Origin: Promethearchaeota archaeon | Lineage (GTDB): Archaea; Asgardarchaeota; Thorarchaeia; Thorarchaeales; Thorarchaeaceae | Direction of reading: 5' to 3' | DNA: 64,000 bases | Assembly (NCBI GenBank): GCA_014728035.1 | Contig: WJMJ01000059.1 | Coordinates: forward strand, 160,001 to 224,000 | In this document: positions 38,978 through 48,228 of the stretch, piece after piece | Layout of the letters: every line of letters starts with the position of its first letter | How positions within the stretch are numbered: the stretch's first letter is position 1 | Notes under the pieces: generated by a model | What the model was told of the DNA's origin: nothing | Seen by the model: only the letters and a program-made list of their open reading frames with translations | The model's database searches: none | Program-made: the position numbers and the translations under genes

Positions 38978-40987
38978 ATGGACTCCTTGAAACACAATGG
39001 CATTCTTGTACTTCGACCACCAGAACCACATGGTTTTGTAATAACAGTAAAAGGCAAAGAGATCACACTAGATAATCTACAGGAAGAGATGGCTATTGCT
39101 TGGGTTAAGAAGTTAGGAACTCCTTATGTTGAGGATCCCGTTTTCATTGAGAATTTCATGAGCGATTTTTCAAAGATGCTTGAACTTGATGATCCTCCCT
39201 CTACTGATGAAGTTGATTTCTCACAAGTAATCAAATATGTAGAATCCGAACGGGCTCGAAAAGAAGGGATGACCAAGGAAGAAAAGAAACAGGCAAGAGA
39301 AGAACGAAAAGTCATTCGTGAAGAGCTCAAAGAAAAATATGGCTATGTCTATGTTGATGGAGAACGAATGGAGCTTGCGAACTATCAGACTGAACCCTCT
39401 GGCATCTTCATGGGTAGAGGCGAACATCCTCTTCGTGGAAGATGGAAAGTTGGGGCTACTGAACAAGATATTACCCTCAATCTTAGTCCTGATGCAGAGA
39501 TTCCTCCTGGTGATTGGGGAGAAATCGTCTGGAAACCCGATTGTCTCTGGATTGCGAAATGGAAAGATGAACTGACTGGAAAAAACAAGTACATCTGGTT
39601 TCATGATAGCACCCCTATAAAGCAAGAGCGTGAAGAAGCAAAGTTTGACAAAGCTGTTAAATTTGAAAAAAGGCTGGATGAGGTCCGTGCACATATCTCA
39701 AAAGGACTTCTTTCCGATGATTCAAAAGTCCGTATGATTGCTGCGGCATGTTATCTTATTGACCGGCTCAGTCTTCGAGTTGGTGACGAAAAAGATCCAG
39801 ATGAAGCTGATACCGTTGGTGCAACTACTTTGCGAGTTGAACACTTAACATTCTTGGATGGTGTTGTAAAGTTCGATTTTTTGGGAAAAGATAGCGTTCC
39901 TTGGCATAAAGAGTTGGACATGCCTCCTGATGTTTATAGAGTATTCAGGGAGCTTTACGATCGTGCTCAAGAAAGGTTGCAGGATTTCAAAGCGAAGAAA
40001 CGCAAAAAGACCAAAGCTGATCCAAAAAAGATTGCACAAATATTTCCTCGTGTACGAAGCAGCCACGTAAACCAGTTTTTGAGTGAAGTAGACCCTGAAT
40101 TTTCTGCTAAAGTCTTTCGCACGAGTCGTGCTACTGCTATAATGCGTGAAGAACTAGCTTCTAGTGGTGTCAAGAAGACAGACCCTGACTTTGTAAAGAA
40201 ATCTGCAGCAAAACGAGCTAATCTTGAAGTAGCTCGGGTCATGAACCACACTAAGCAGGCTCCTAAAGGTTGGAAAAAAAGGGCAAAACGGTATGAAGAA
40301 CGATTGAAAAAAGCAGATACACGGATTGAAAAGGCCAAACTAAAGGTGAAAGAAGCCAAGAAGAAGTATAGAGCACGTAAGCGTAAGGAAGCCTCTACAC
40401 TAAAGAAACGAAAGGCTACCATAAAGAAAAAGGAAGAACTAGTTGAAAAATACAAAGGATACTATGATTCTTGGGTTGAAAAACGAAAGGGTGCTAAGGA
40501 AACTTGGGATCGAGCTCGCGAGCGAAAGCGAACTATTCGTAGTAGCACACGAAAATCAAATCGTACTAAACAAGAACGTCTCGAAGAGGCTCAAGAACGA
40601 ATCGATAGAACCCGTGGTACTCTAGACGAATATAGAACTAAGACCGACAAGGCGAGAAAACGTTACCAGAAGAGCAAGGAGTCTCTTGAGAAGAAAAAGG
40701 CGGCATTGGAGAAATGGAAAGAAAAATCAGCTGCTAGAATCGAGCGTGCAAAACAACGTGTCCAAAAAGAGAAAGAACGGGTCAAGAAAGCTGATTTGGC
40801 AAAGAAAAAAATAGAAATGGATTACGCACTTGCAAAAGAAGGTAAAACTCTCAACCTTGGAACATCTTTGAAATCCTATATTCATCCGCGTGTTGTGTAC
40901 AAATGGTGCCAGAAAGTAGATTATGATTGGAGAAAAATCTACTCTAAGGCGTTGGAACGGAAGTTCGATTGGGTCGAAAATTGCTGA
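38978..40987 (+). CDS. top1: DNA topoisomerase IB (eukaryote-type) with very long coiled-coil linker
   Basis: LKHNG, EP.G.F.GRGEHP.RG, LRVG.EK, DTVG..TLR.EH, F.FLGKD, AKVFRT, NH, LGTS.KSY.HPR catalytic Tyr. Confidence 0.96.
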   Translation: MDSLKHNGILVLRPPEPHGFVITVKGKEITLDNLQEEMAIAWVKKLGTPYVEDPVFIENFMSDFSKMLELDDPPSTDEVDFSQVIKYVESERARKEGMTKEEKKQAREERKVIREELKEKYGYVYVDGERMELANYQTEPSGIFMGRGEHPLRGRWKVGATEQDITLNLSPDAEIPPGDWGEIVWKPDCLWIAKWKDELTGKNKYIWFHDSTPIKQEREEAKFDKAVKFEKRLDEVRAHISKGLLSDDSKVRMIAAACYLIDRLSLRVGDEKDPDEADTVGATTLRVEHLTFLDGVVKFDFLGKDSVPWHKELDMPPDVYRVFRELYDRAQERLQDFKAKKRKKTKADPKKIAQIFPRVRSSHVNQFLSEVDPEFSAKVFRTSRATAIMREELASSGVKKTDPDFVKKSAAKRANLEVARVMNHTKQAPKGWKKRAKRYEERLKKADTRIEKAKLKVKEAKKKYRARKRKEASTLKKRKATIKKKEELVEKYKGYYDSWVEKRKGAKETWDRARERKRTIRSSTRKSNRTKQERLEEAQERIDRTRGTLDEYRTKTDKARKRYQKSKESLEKKKAALEKWKEKSAARIERAKQRVQKEKERVKKADLAKKKIEMDYALAKEGKTLNLGTSLKSYIHPRVVYKWCQKVDYDWRKIYSKALERKFDWVENC

Positions 40988-41000
40988 TTGGTTGTATCTA

Positions 41001-41450
41001 CTATAGTTTTAGTGAGCTCATAGGATCGTTCATGGTCTTTCCCTGAAGAAGAAACTCCTTGATTCGTCGTTCGATCTCATCTCGAGTTTCTCTGAATACG
41101 GTAAGAATCTCCATATGGGAGCCTTGGAATGCAGCAGGGTCTTCTAATGACCAATGGTCTATTTTCTTTGCTCCTGGAAATGTCGGACATTCTTGTTTTG
41201 CATGGTCACAGACAGTTATCACTATATCAAATGTCTGACCTTCAAACTCACTCAATAATTTCGGTCGTAGTCCTGTAGTATCAATTTCTTTTTCTTTCAG
41301 CACTTCGATTGCGAATGGATTAACTTCTGATGCGGGATTGGTTCCTGCACTAAAGACCTCGTATTTTCCTTCTCCAAGCTTTCGGAGAAGAGCCTCAGAC
41401 ATCTGACTTCTTGCAGAATTTCCGGTACAAAGAAAGAGTACTCGTTTCAG
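41001..41450 (-). CDS. arsC: Arsenate reductase ArsC / LMW-PTP family (extended to a CTG codon to recover the P-loop)
   Basis: In-frame upstream LKRVLFLCTGNSARSQM; SAGT, TVCD.A...CP, HW..EDP. Confidence 0.88.
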   Translation of the reverse strand: MKRVLFLCTGNSARSQMSEALLRKLGEGKYEVFSAGTNPASEVNPFAIEVLKEKEIDTTGLRPKLLSEFEGQTFDIVITVCDHAKQECPTFPGAKKIDHWSLEDPAAFQGSHMEILTVFRETRDEIERRIKEFLLQGKTMNDPMSSLKL

Positions 41451-41529
41451 TCATATCATCTCCTTTACTTAAATTCATCGAAAAACATCGATATTTAACT
41501 TGCCTGCATACGATTCATACGAAAAACTT

Positions 41530-41763
41530 TCATTCCTCCGGAATGAATTCTGCTAACACTTCTCTAAGACGATCTCTGAAGCCATCCCCGTCCTCTTTCA
41601 GGCGTTTCCTCACCATTTTCCATGTTGCCGCACAATTTGGATAATCTACACTTAGCCAGTAGTGGAGTTTTTTATCGATGGCACTTTTATTGTCTTTTGT
41701 TACTTCTATACCAAGGTCACCAAGCAGTTTCTTCATCCGTGAATTACTGAAATAACAGGTCAT
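41530..41763 (-). CDS. Small hypothetical protein
   Basis: 77-aa ORF, M.CYF...C...WK.V pattern. Confidence 0.6.
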   Translation of the reverse strand: MTCYFSNSRMKKLLGDLGIEVTKDNKSAIDKKLHYWLSVDYPNCAATWKMVRKRLKEDGDGFRDRLREVLAEFIPEE

Positions 41764-42156
41764 CGAACATCAAGTTGTGGCAACCACACTGATTGATAAG
41801 TTTCTCTGCTATTTATGGTACTTTTAAATAATCAAAGCTAATCCCCGTCTATTATGCAGTATTTTTTTGCATATTATTGCTGTTGAGATACAATCTTGTC
41901 AGCTTTATCTTTTCTTATGTGTATCGGGCCCAATCGAGCTTTCGGTGAGTTGCGAATGGTTGAGGACGGTGAGAAGAATCATATCCTCTTGCTGGAGTAA
42001 TACTACCACTGTCTGTAGGACCTGGTTGGCTAGTTTTTAGCTATAATAGGCTCGTATTGCTGTTTGATTTGGCATCAATCCAATATGTATTGATTAATTC
42101 ATGGAGATTATTACGAATTTACCAAGCTAGTCTGGTTCATCACACAGGATTGTCTG

Positions 42157-42660
42157 CTAATCTCTCTTTTCAGAAAGAGCACGTAAAGATTCTAACACAT
42201 CCTCATCAACACAATGCAGTTTGATCATTTTCTCTGTATCAATATCATAGATTAGAATGTTATACCATGTTCCTGCATCTTCATGGTCTTCAGAGATTTT
42301 CAGAAATTCGTTAGTTTTCTTGTCAATAAAGACAGAGCGTGGAATTGCTTCAATAATCCCGGCCCCTCTAACCTCAATAATCCTCTGATTAGTGAGGTAA
42401 TATGAGGTTCTCCTGATATTGATGAATCTTGCAAGATAGTATATAATACCAGCTAGTAACAGGATTGAAATTCCAATCCCCCATCTCTCGCCCAATACAA
42501 TTGCAGAAATTGGAATCACAAACACGGATGCCAATGGTAAGCATCCTCCACAAAACATTGTTAGGAAAGGAGTTCCTGCCTTTTCGTGCCAAATTACTTG
42601 TTCATCCGTTTTTAATCCGTATTCTGGTGGATTAAAGCGTTCTCGCTCAACATATGTCAT
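42157..42660 (-). CDS. Two-TM membrane protein with bacterial-PH-like segment
   Basis: L..DE.VIW, two TMs, Y.LTNQRII motif. Confidence 0.6.
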   Translation of the reverse strand: MTYVERERFNPPEYGLKTDEQVIWHEKAGTPFLTMFCGGCLPLASVFVIPISAIVLGERWGIGISILLLAGIIYYLARFINIRRTSYYLTNQRIIEVRGAGIIEAIPRSVFIDKKTNEFLKISEDHEDAGTWYNILIYDIDTEKMIKLHCVDEDVLESLRALSEKRD

Positions 42661-42768
42661 GAGAAATCAAAAATTGATTGTTTCTCTTGGATTTGAATCT
42701 TCTTAGCTACCAGAAAATACACCAACTATATGGTTTCAAATCTCGTTGCCCTCTGGAATTAGAAGAAA

Positions 42769-42843
42769 TGGTGCGCTCGCCGGGACTTGAACCCGGGCCG
42801 GATCCGTGGCAGGGATCCATCATAGCCACTAGACAACGAGCGC
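42769..42843 (-). tRNA. tRNA-Gly(GCC), CCA encoded
   Basis: GATCC-CTGCCAC-GGATC anticodon arm; GCGCTCG/CGAGCGC acceptor. Confidence 0.96.
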
Positions 42844-42963
42844 GATAAAACCCACGTTTTATTGTGCGGGTTTCAGAGAGAGTCCACGCTGATAAACTTC
42901 AACTGTGAATCCTTTCTGACCTATTCCGCATAGCATGCGTTAAAAAGCTTATCGAAGTAGTAA

Positions 42964-44148
42964 ATGTCAAGAAGGAATAATTCAATCCAGAACATGGGAG
43001 CAAACAGAATGCAGCGTTCGGGACCACGAAGAATGCAATGGCTGGATATAGCAAAAGGGTTTGGAATAATAATTGTAATGATTATCCATTCCATCATGCC
43101 CGTGGTAAATGCCATCTCGACGCATCTGAGTAGTTTTGTGATTCCACTATTTTTCTTTATGGCTGGAATAACCTATAATAATGAAAAGCATCGGGGCCGA
43201 TTGACAAGATTTGCAAAGACTCGGGGAAAACGTTTCTTGATTCCTTACTTTATTATCTACATTTTTGTTCTTCTGGTTCTTGTTCCTGCTAGTATCTTTG
43301 TCGAGCTTCCTATTACAGCAAATGAGCTATTTTTCTGGTTCATTTATGGTGCTGGTCCTCCATACATGGCCCTTCACATCTGGTTTTTACCAGTACTGTT
43401 CTTTGGGCTTCTTCTCTTTGCTGTTGGAGATCGTATTGCAAATGGGAATGAGTTTGCGCTTTTTGGAATTTTCGTTCTCTTAATGCCCCTTGCAGCATAT
43501 TTTCTTTGGATTATGTTTCAGCCCGTGCTTATACCCTGGCACCTCAGTAGTATTATGTTGGCATCGATCTTCGTATATGTTGGAAATACATTCCGATATA
43601 AGCGGGGTTTGACCCCCCTCACCAAGGACAATACTATCCTTGATATTCTTGCAGTTGTTATCTTATCTGCTATTACCCTTTTAGTATCCCAATTGAACGG
43701 ATATGTGGATATGGCAATGGATAACTATGGGGTATCACCTTTCTTGTATCTCATAACCGGAATCACGGGCTCGATTCTGATTCTTGTCCTATCTCATCTT
43801 ATGACAAAAAGCTCTCACGCTAGCCGATTCATGCTTGCATATGGTAGTCAGTCTCAAGAGATTTATGAGAGTCATCCTGCAGGGTTTCCTCTTACTGCCG
43901 GGCTGTTTATACTTCTTGGATTTTCCATTGCTGATTTAGCTAATTTGCATCTAGTACTATGGCCAGCAAGGTTTATTGCTGCTATGCTTGTTGGTTACTA
44001 CTTTGTAAAATATGGTGTCAACAGAAGCAGAGTACTATCCTTCATCTTCAGAGGTGTTGCAAAGACTGAGGCCGGAAGAAAGACTAGTAAACTACCTGGT
44101 TCTGAGAAGCCCACTGAGCTGCCGTATTCGAAGCATTCGGAAAGTTGA
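42964..44148 (+). CDS. Acyltransferase family 3 membrane protein
   Basis: R..WLD.AKG.GI..V...H, PLFF..AG, LIPY, WFL. Confidence 0.88.
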   Translation: MSRRNNSIQNMGANRMQRSGPRRMQWLDIAKGFGIIIVMIIHSIMPVVNAISTHLSSFVIPLFFFMAGITYNNEKHRGRLTRFAKTRGKRFLIPYFIIYIFVLLVLVPASIFVELPITANELFFWFIYGAGPPYMALHIWFLPVLFFGLLLFAVGDRIANGNEFALFGIFVLLMPLAAYFLWIMFQPVLIPWHLSSIMLASIFVYVGNTFRYKRGLTPLTKDNTILDILAVVILSAITLLVSQLNGYVDMAMDNYGVSPFLYLITGITGSILILVLSHLMTKSSHASRFMLAYGSQSQEIYESHPAGFPLTAGLFILLGFSIADLANLHLVLWPARFIAAMLVGYYFVKYGVNRSRVLSFIFRGVAKTEAGRKTSKLPGSEKPTELPYSKHSES

Positions 44149-45003
44149 TTCGCATTCGATTTCTGCCTTAGTACGTTCATGAAGATCCATTGCCATAAAA
44201 TCTCCATTAATCCAAAATCCTTCCTCTTTGTGACTTAACATACATTCGGGAAACAGATATGTTCCCTTTGGGGTTCTATATGATTCTAAATCTCCGAGTG
44301 CTTTTCTAAACCATTTACTCTCTTGAATAATCCATAGTGGTGCTAGCAATTCCAAAATGAGTAGTAAGTTGTTTTGTCGTTTTTCCACTTTTGAAATGAT
44401 GCTTGACAAGAGATAGTCACATCTTTCAGCTTGACTCATCTCATTCTTTTTCACTTCTTTACACACTTGAAAAACAATTTCCTCTATTTGATTTCGAGTG
44501 AATTCGTTTTTCATGAGGGTCTGCATATGGCTAAGACCAATGACATCATAAATTGAAATGTTCTGAGGATTTTTGTTCAAGTCCCCAAGTCTGTCGTGAT
44601 ACATGTTTTGGACTGGACGTATGGAACCATATCCTGTTAGAGAAAGAAATGCGCTTACGATTTGACAATCCTGGGATTTCGGATCATTGTTTCGCTTCAA
44701 CCAAACTCGATACGGCAAGGTCTTTAGATCAAAGAGCTGCATTCCAGCCCGTATTCCCATTTGGAATAGTATGCCCATTATATTTTCGAATGCGTAGAGA
44801 GATGCTGAGTGGATTGATTCTGAATTGATTTCATTTGGTATTGCTTCGACCAGCTCCACTATGGCTGGGTCCATTTCCAACACGGAGAATGTTCTTCCAA
44901 CTTCTCCAATATCTGGTCTGTCTAGAATGTCAATCAAAGTACGAAATTTCACAGTGGTACCTGCGTTATTGACCAGCCAGTTAGTCAGCTCGAAATCCTG
45001 TAT
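44092..45003 (-). CDS. Hypothetical helical protein (start uncertain; best SD precedes an ATA codon)
   Basis: Long ORF with WL..NAG...KFRT N-terminus and ESTF.ML C-terminus; AGGAGGT SD. Confidence 0.6.
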   Translation of the reverse strand: MQDFELTNWLVNNAGTTVKFRTLIDILDRPDIGEVGRTFSVLEMDPAIVELVEAIPNEINSESIHSASLYAFENIMGILFQMGIRAGMQLFDLKTLPYRVWLKRNNDPKSQDCQIVSAFLSLTGYGSIRPVQNMYHDRLGDLNKNPQNISIYDVIGLSHMQTLMKNEFTRNQIEEIVFQVCKEVKKNEMSQAERCDYLLSSIISKVEKRQNNLLLILELLAPLWIIQESKWFRKALGDLESYRTPKGTYLFPECMLSHKEEGFWINGDFMAMDLHERTKAEIECESTFRMLRIRQLSGLLRTR

Positions 45004-45089
45004 TGTAGAAACCTCCTGTTTTCGTGGATAACATAGAGCAAAGCGCAGAGTTAATAGAAGTTGTTTTCTGTCGTGTTTATGAAAATGCA

Positions 45090-45806
45090 ATGAATACTTC
45101 AGTTGATTTAGCTCACTTAAAAAAAGAGATTATGCAGGATATATACAACAATCGTATGCTCCTTACTTCAAAACGTGACCGTCCTGAGGGCTGGACTTTG
45201 CATTCCGGTCTCTGGAGTCCATTCTATATACAACTGCGAATTCTTAGCTCATTTCCTTCCACTCTGAAGAAAGTCGGTGTAGCAATGACTCGATTGATTC
45301 ATGAAAAAGTTCCTCATGTTGATAGGATTGTTGGCATTGCTTTTGCTGGGGTTCCCATTGCTACAGCTATTTCGTTGGAATCGCGGATTCCTTCATGCCA
45401 TACCAGAAAACTATCCGGTGTTCGCAGCTCCGATGAACTATCAGAAGCTCTCTCATCTTATGGTCAACACTCACTACTGGAAGGAGAAATAAATGATGGT
45501 GATGTTTTGTGTTTAGTTGACGACCTTGTTACTGGGATGACGAGCAAGTTGGTCGCACGCGACCAGATTCAAGCAGAAATTAAAAGACGCAACTTGACCG
45601 ATGTCATATGTGAGGATATTGTAGTAATCGTAGATCGTCAACAGGGCGCTGTAGAAAAAGCAAAAGCAGCTGGATTAAACCTCTATTCCTTAATTGATTT
45701 TGTTGATGAAGGTTTACCCTTTTTGAAAGATCTCATGGTAAAAGAGGAATACGAACTTGTGTCGGGCTACTTGACAAATCCTCAAGATTTTCAACCAGGT
45801 GATTGA
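45090..45806 (+). CDS. pyrE: Orotate phosphoribosyltransferase-like protein
   Basis: L.SG..SP.YI.LR, G...AG.P.A, RK, CLVDDLVT.G PRPP loop, IVDRQQG. Confidence 0.85.
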   Translation: MNTSVDLAHLKKEIMQDIYNNRMLLTSKRDRPEGWTLHSGLWSPFYIQLRILSSFPSTLKKVGVAMTRLIHEKVPHVDRIVGIAFAGVPIATAISLESRIPSCHTRKLSGVRSSDELSEALSSYGQHSLLEGEINDGDVLCLVDDLVTGMTSKLVARDQIQAEIKRRNLTDVICEDIVVIVDRQQGAVEKAKAAGLNLYSLIDFVDEGLPFLKDLMVKEEYELVSGYLTNPQDFQPGD

Positions 45807-45849
45807 TATCCATTATCCTTATCTCACATGTAGTATATGTAGTTGAAAT

Positions 45850-46299
45850 ATGAGTCGTCGTGAGAATCCAGTATACAATATGTTGAATTTGGCTCTTGCC
45901 AATTCATTGAATCATATTCAGTTCTATATGGACGCTGCTAATGTGGTTGAAACTCCTAAGATTAAAGCTCTATTATTGGTTCTTGCAGAAGCTGAGGAGG
46001 AGCTGGCTGAGAAAATTGAGGATATGATGCTAACCGGAATTGTAGACGAAGTGGTTGAAGCTGCTGATATGGACTTGCAGGATCCCGATGAAACCCCTTT
46101 CGATTTAACACGTGAAGATTCAGACCCGCGGATATTCATATGCAACAAAGCTCTACGACAAGAAGTAAACGGATTTTCATTCTATCGTTCAATTGCATTT
46201 CGCGCCAAATCTCCAGTTGTGAAACGACTTTTCACATTCTTTGCAAATTTCAAAATGGAACAGATTAAGAAAATTCGGAAAATTTGCAAAACCTTCTGA
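45850..46299 (+). CDS. Ferritin-like / rubrerythrin-like protein (degenerate metal ligands)
   Basis: Duplicated L..A...E..FY...A......K.LF..LA..E pattern. Confidence 0.6.
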   Translation: MSRRENPVYNMLNLALANSLNHIQFYMDAANVVETPKIKALLLVLAEAEEELAEKIEDMMLTGIVDEVVEAADMDLQDPDETPFDLTREDSDPRIFICNKALRQEVNGFSFYRSIAFRAKSPVVKRLFTFFANFKMEQIKKIRKICKTF

Positions 46300-46367
46300 T
46301 TTTCTCTTTTCATCTAATGTATGCATTCAATGGACGTTTCAGACGTTTCTAGGATTCTAACCTGTTT

Positions 46368-46387
46368 ATTAGAACACGTGTTCTAAT
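46368..46387. promoter_or_regulatory. Perfect 20-bp palindrome ATTAGAACACGTGTTCTAAT, candidate operator
   Basis: Direct observation in an AT-rich intergenic region upstream of TATA-like TTTATATA. Confidence 0.5.
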
Positions 46388-46554
46388 TATTCTACATTAT
46401 TTAGAAGAACATCTATTCGAATAAAAACATAGATATATTTATATATAATTGATTATATACTATTCTTGTGACGGCCGGGAGGTCGAACAAAGACAACTCT
46501 CTCTACCACTTCCACTGGAAGTGAAGGGGTAGGGGGGATTGGAGCAGTAAACTG

Positions 46555-46944
46555 GTGAACGACGTGATCGATGATAAATCCGTATTTATTCCGCCCATTG
46601 TTCTGGCGGAGTTTGAAGAGTTCAGACATTTCGCACGGCAGGCAGCAATAGTAGCCTATAAGCCCGAGTATTTCCACAGCCCATTTCTCGATGACACAAA
46701 GAGACTAAGACGAATTACACTCAATGCGATTGGTGTTAGAGTGAAGGGTGTAGCATTGACGTTCAAGTATGTCTTGGATTACAACACTCTTTGTGACCCA
46801 TCAAAGACATGGGACGAACAAGTTGCAGAAGTGGATGATCTCATGAGCAGTGTGGTCAACTGTCTCAGAGAAGAAAGCACACTTGTACGTGGTAGTTTGG
46901 ATACTGAAACCGCTTTAGGCGAAACTTTGGTAATGCGCCCGTGA
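46555..46944 (+). CDS. Hypothetical protein
   Basis: 129-aa ORF, GTG start, GGAG SD after a GC-rich leader. Confidence 0.6.
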   Translation: MNDVIDDKSVFIPPIVLAEFEEFRHFARQAAIVAYKPEYFHSPFLDDTKRLRRITLNAIGVRVKGVALTFKYVLDYNTLCDPSKTWDEQVAEVDDLMSSVVNCLREESTLVRGSLDTETALGETLVMRP

Positions 46945-47078
46945 ACTGTGCATGCTTCACAAACCGCATTTGTCTGGAAGAATAGCTGCTTCCCCCTACC
47001 CATATTTAGAAAGGGCCTGCTCCAGTCCCTACACCAAAAATCATATGCGATGCTGTAATCGATAGAGTGTGAACCAAA

Positions 47079-47600
47079 GTGAATGAAGTCGAACCAGTCG
47101 AGGACCTATTTCCTCGAATATTAGAAAAGTTCAATGAACATCCTAGAGGGTGGAGGGTGCTAAGCACACCGCATGGAGAGATGCTATTTGTTGGAACTGA
47201 CACTTCTTTTCAGGTAAAAGCAATTCCTTTGGGCCCCAAAAAATTCACAGGCGCCGGAATGGAGATTTCTAGTCCGAGAAAAGTTATTGATACTTTGAGA
47301 AGAACACCTGAATATGGACTACGTCCCTTGAAACGAGTTGACCTTCAAAAACTTATGGCGTCTATGGAAAATCCTAGTCTTACTTCTGAACACCTCCAAG
47401 AGATTATTCAGCGGGCTCCTATAGCTCCCCATGAAATCAATCCCGAACTTGAGAATCCTTTTCTAACTGGTCCTGTGCTTACTAGGCCTGACTTGAGTTC
47501 TATAAGTACAGAAATTGGAACATCACAGAAACGTCTTGATGAATATGCTCGAGAGAATTTTCGGAAACGCTATCCTATGCGTGCGGGTATGTATTTTTGA
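47079..47600 (+). CDS. Hypothetical protein
   Basis: 173-aa ORF with conserved-looking P.GW.V, TG.G, YG.RP, R.YP.RAGMY. Confidence 0.65.
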   Translation: MNEVEPVEDLFPRILEKFNEHPRGWRVLSTPHGEMLFVGTDTSFQVKAIPLGPKKFTGAGMEISSPRKVIDTLRRTPEYGLRPLKRVDLQKLMASMENPSLTSEHLQEIIQRAPIAPHEINPELENPFLTGPVLTRPDLSSISTEIGTSQKRLDEYARENFRKRYPMRAGMYF

Positions 47601-47667
47601 TTCATACCCGAAAGACTATACCGATAATTGAATCATCCCGTCATGTTATATTGGAGCTTTAAATTTA

Positions 47668-48156
47668 ATGATTCGAAATATAATCATACTTGATGATGTT
47701 GGCAGACATCTTTTTGCTACAAACTTTGGAGCGTGTCACTCTTTAGGTGAGGACTCTGAAGCATTAACTGGTTTCATTAGTGCTCTCCATTCATTTGGTC
47801 ATGACCTCTCTGGCTCTGGAGTTGATGAGATTCAATTTGGTGACCTCTATATTCTTCTTTTACACAGACAGAATCTGATATTCGCATTAACTGCTGATGA
47901 TGATGCTGCTGAAAAAAACAAAGTGAAGCTTGGGATAATATCGGATATGTTTCTTAAACACTATCAAGCAGTTCTATCAAACCTAAGTGATTCGGATGTT
48001 CTTGATTCTTTTGCTGAATTTGAAGACTTATTGTTACAGAATGATTTAGTGATGAAAAATTGTGGAAAGCTTGATGACTGTAGTCAATGTCCTAATCGTA
48101 CGAAATCCCTTCCGCTTGATATGATTTCAGGACCTACTAATGATACTGAAACATGA
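47668..48156 (+). CDS. Longin-like domain protein with Cys-rich tail
   Basis: MI..IIILD..G..LF..NF, L.GFISAL..F, I...F...Y, F..F longin pattern; C-x5-C-x2-C tail. Confidence 0.7.
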   Translation: MIRNIIILDDVGRHLFATNFGACHSLGEDSEALTGFISALHSFGHDLSGSGVDEIQFGDLYILLLHRQNLIFALTADDDAAEKNKVKLGIISDMFLKHYQAVLSNLSDSDVLDSFAEFEDLLLQNDLVMKNCGKLDDCSQCPNRTKSLPLDMISGPTNDTET

Positions 48157-48228
48157 CCAATCTTGTGTATAGTCTGCGTTGAAACTCTATCTAATATATT
48201 GAAAATACACAAGCTAATTCGATTTGTA

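Noticed and set aside
41451-41459. Selenocysteine readthrough of the in-frame TGA before arsC
   Set aside because: The TGA is at a non-catalytic N-terminal position and no SECIS was recognised
41800-42150. 350-bp intergenic gap as an ncRNA or gene remnant
   Set aside because: No convincing structure, box motif or ORF could be supported
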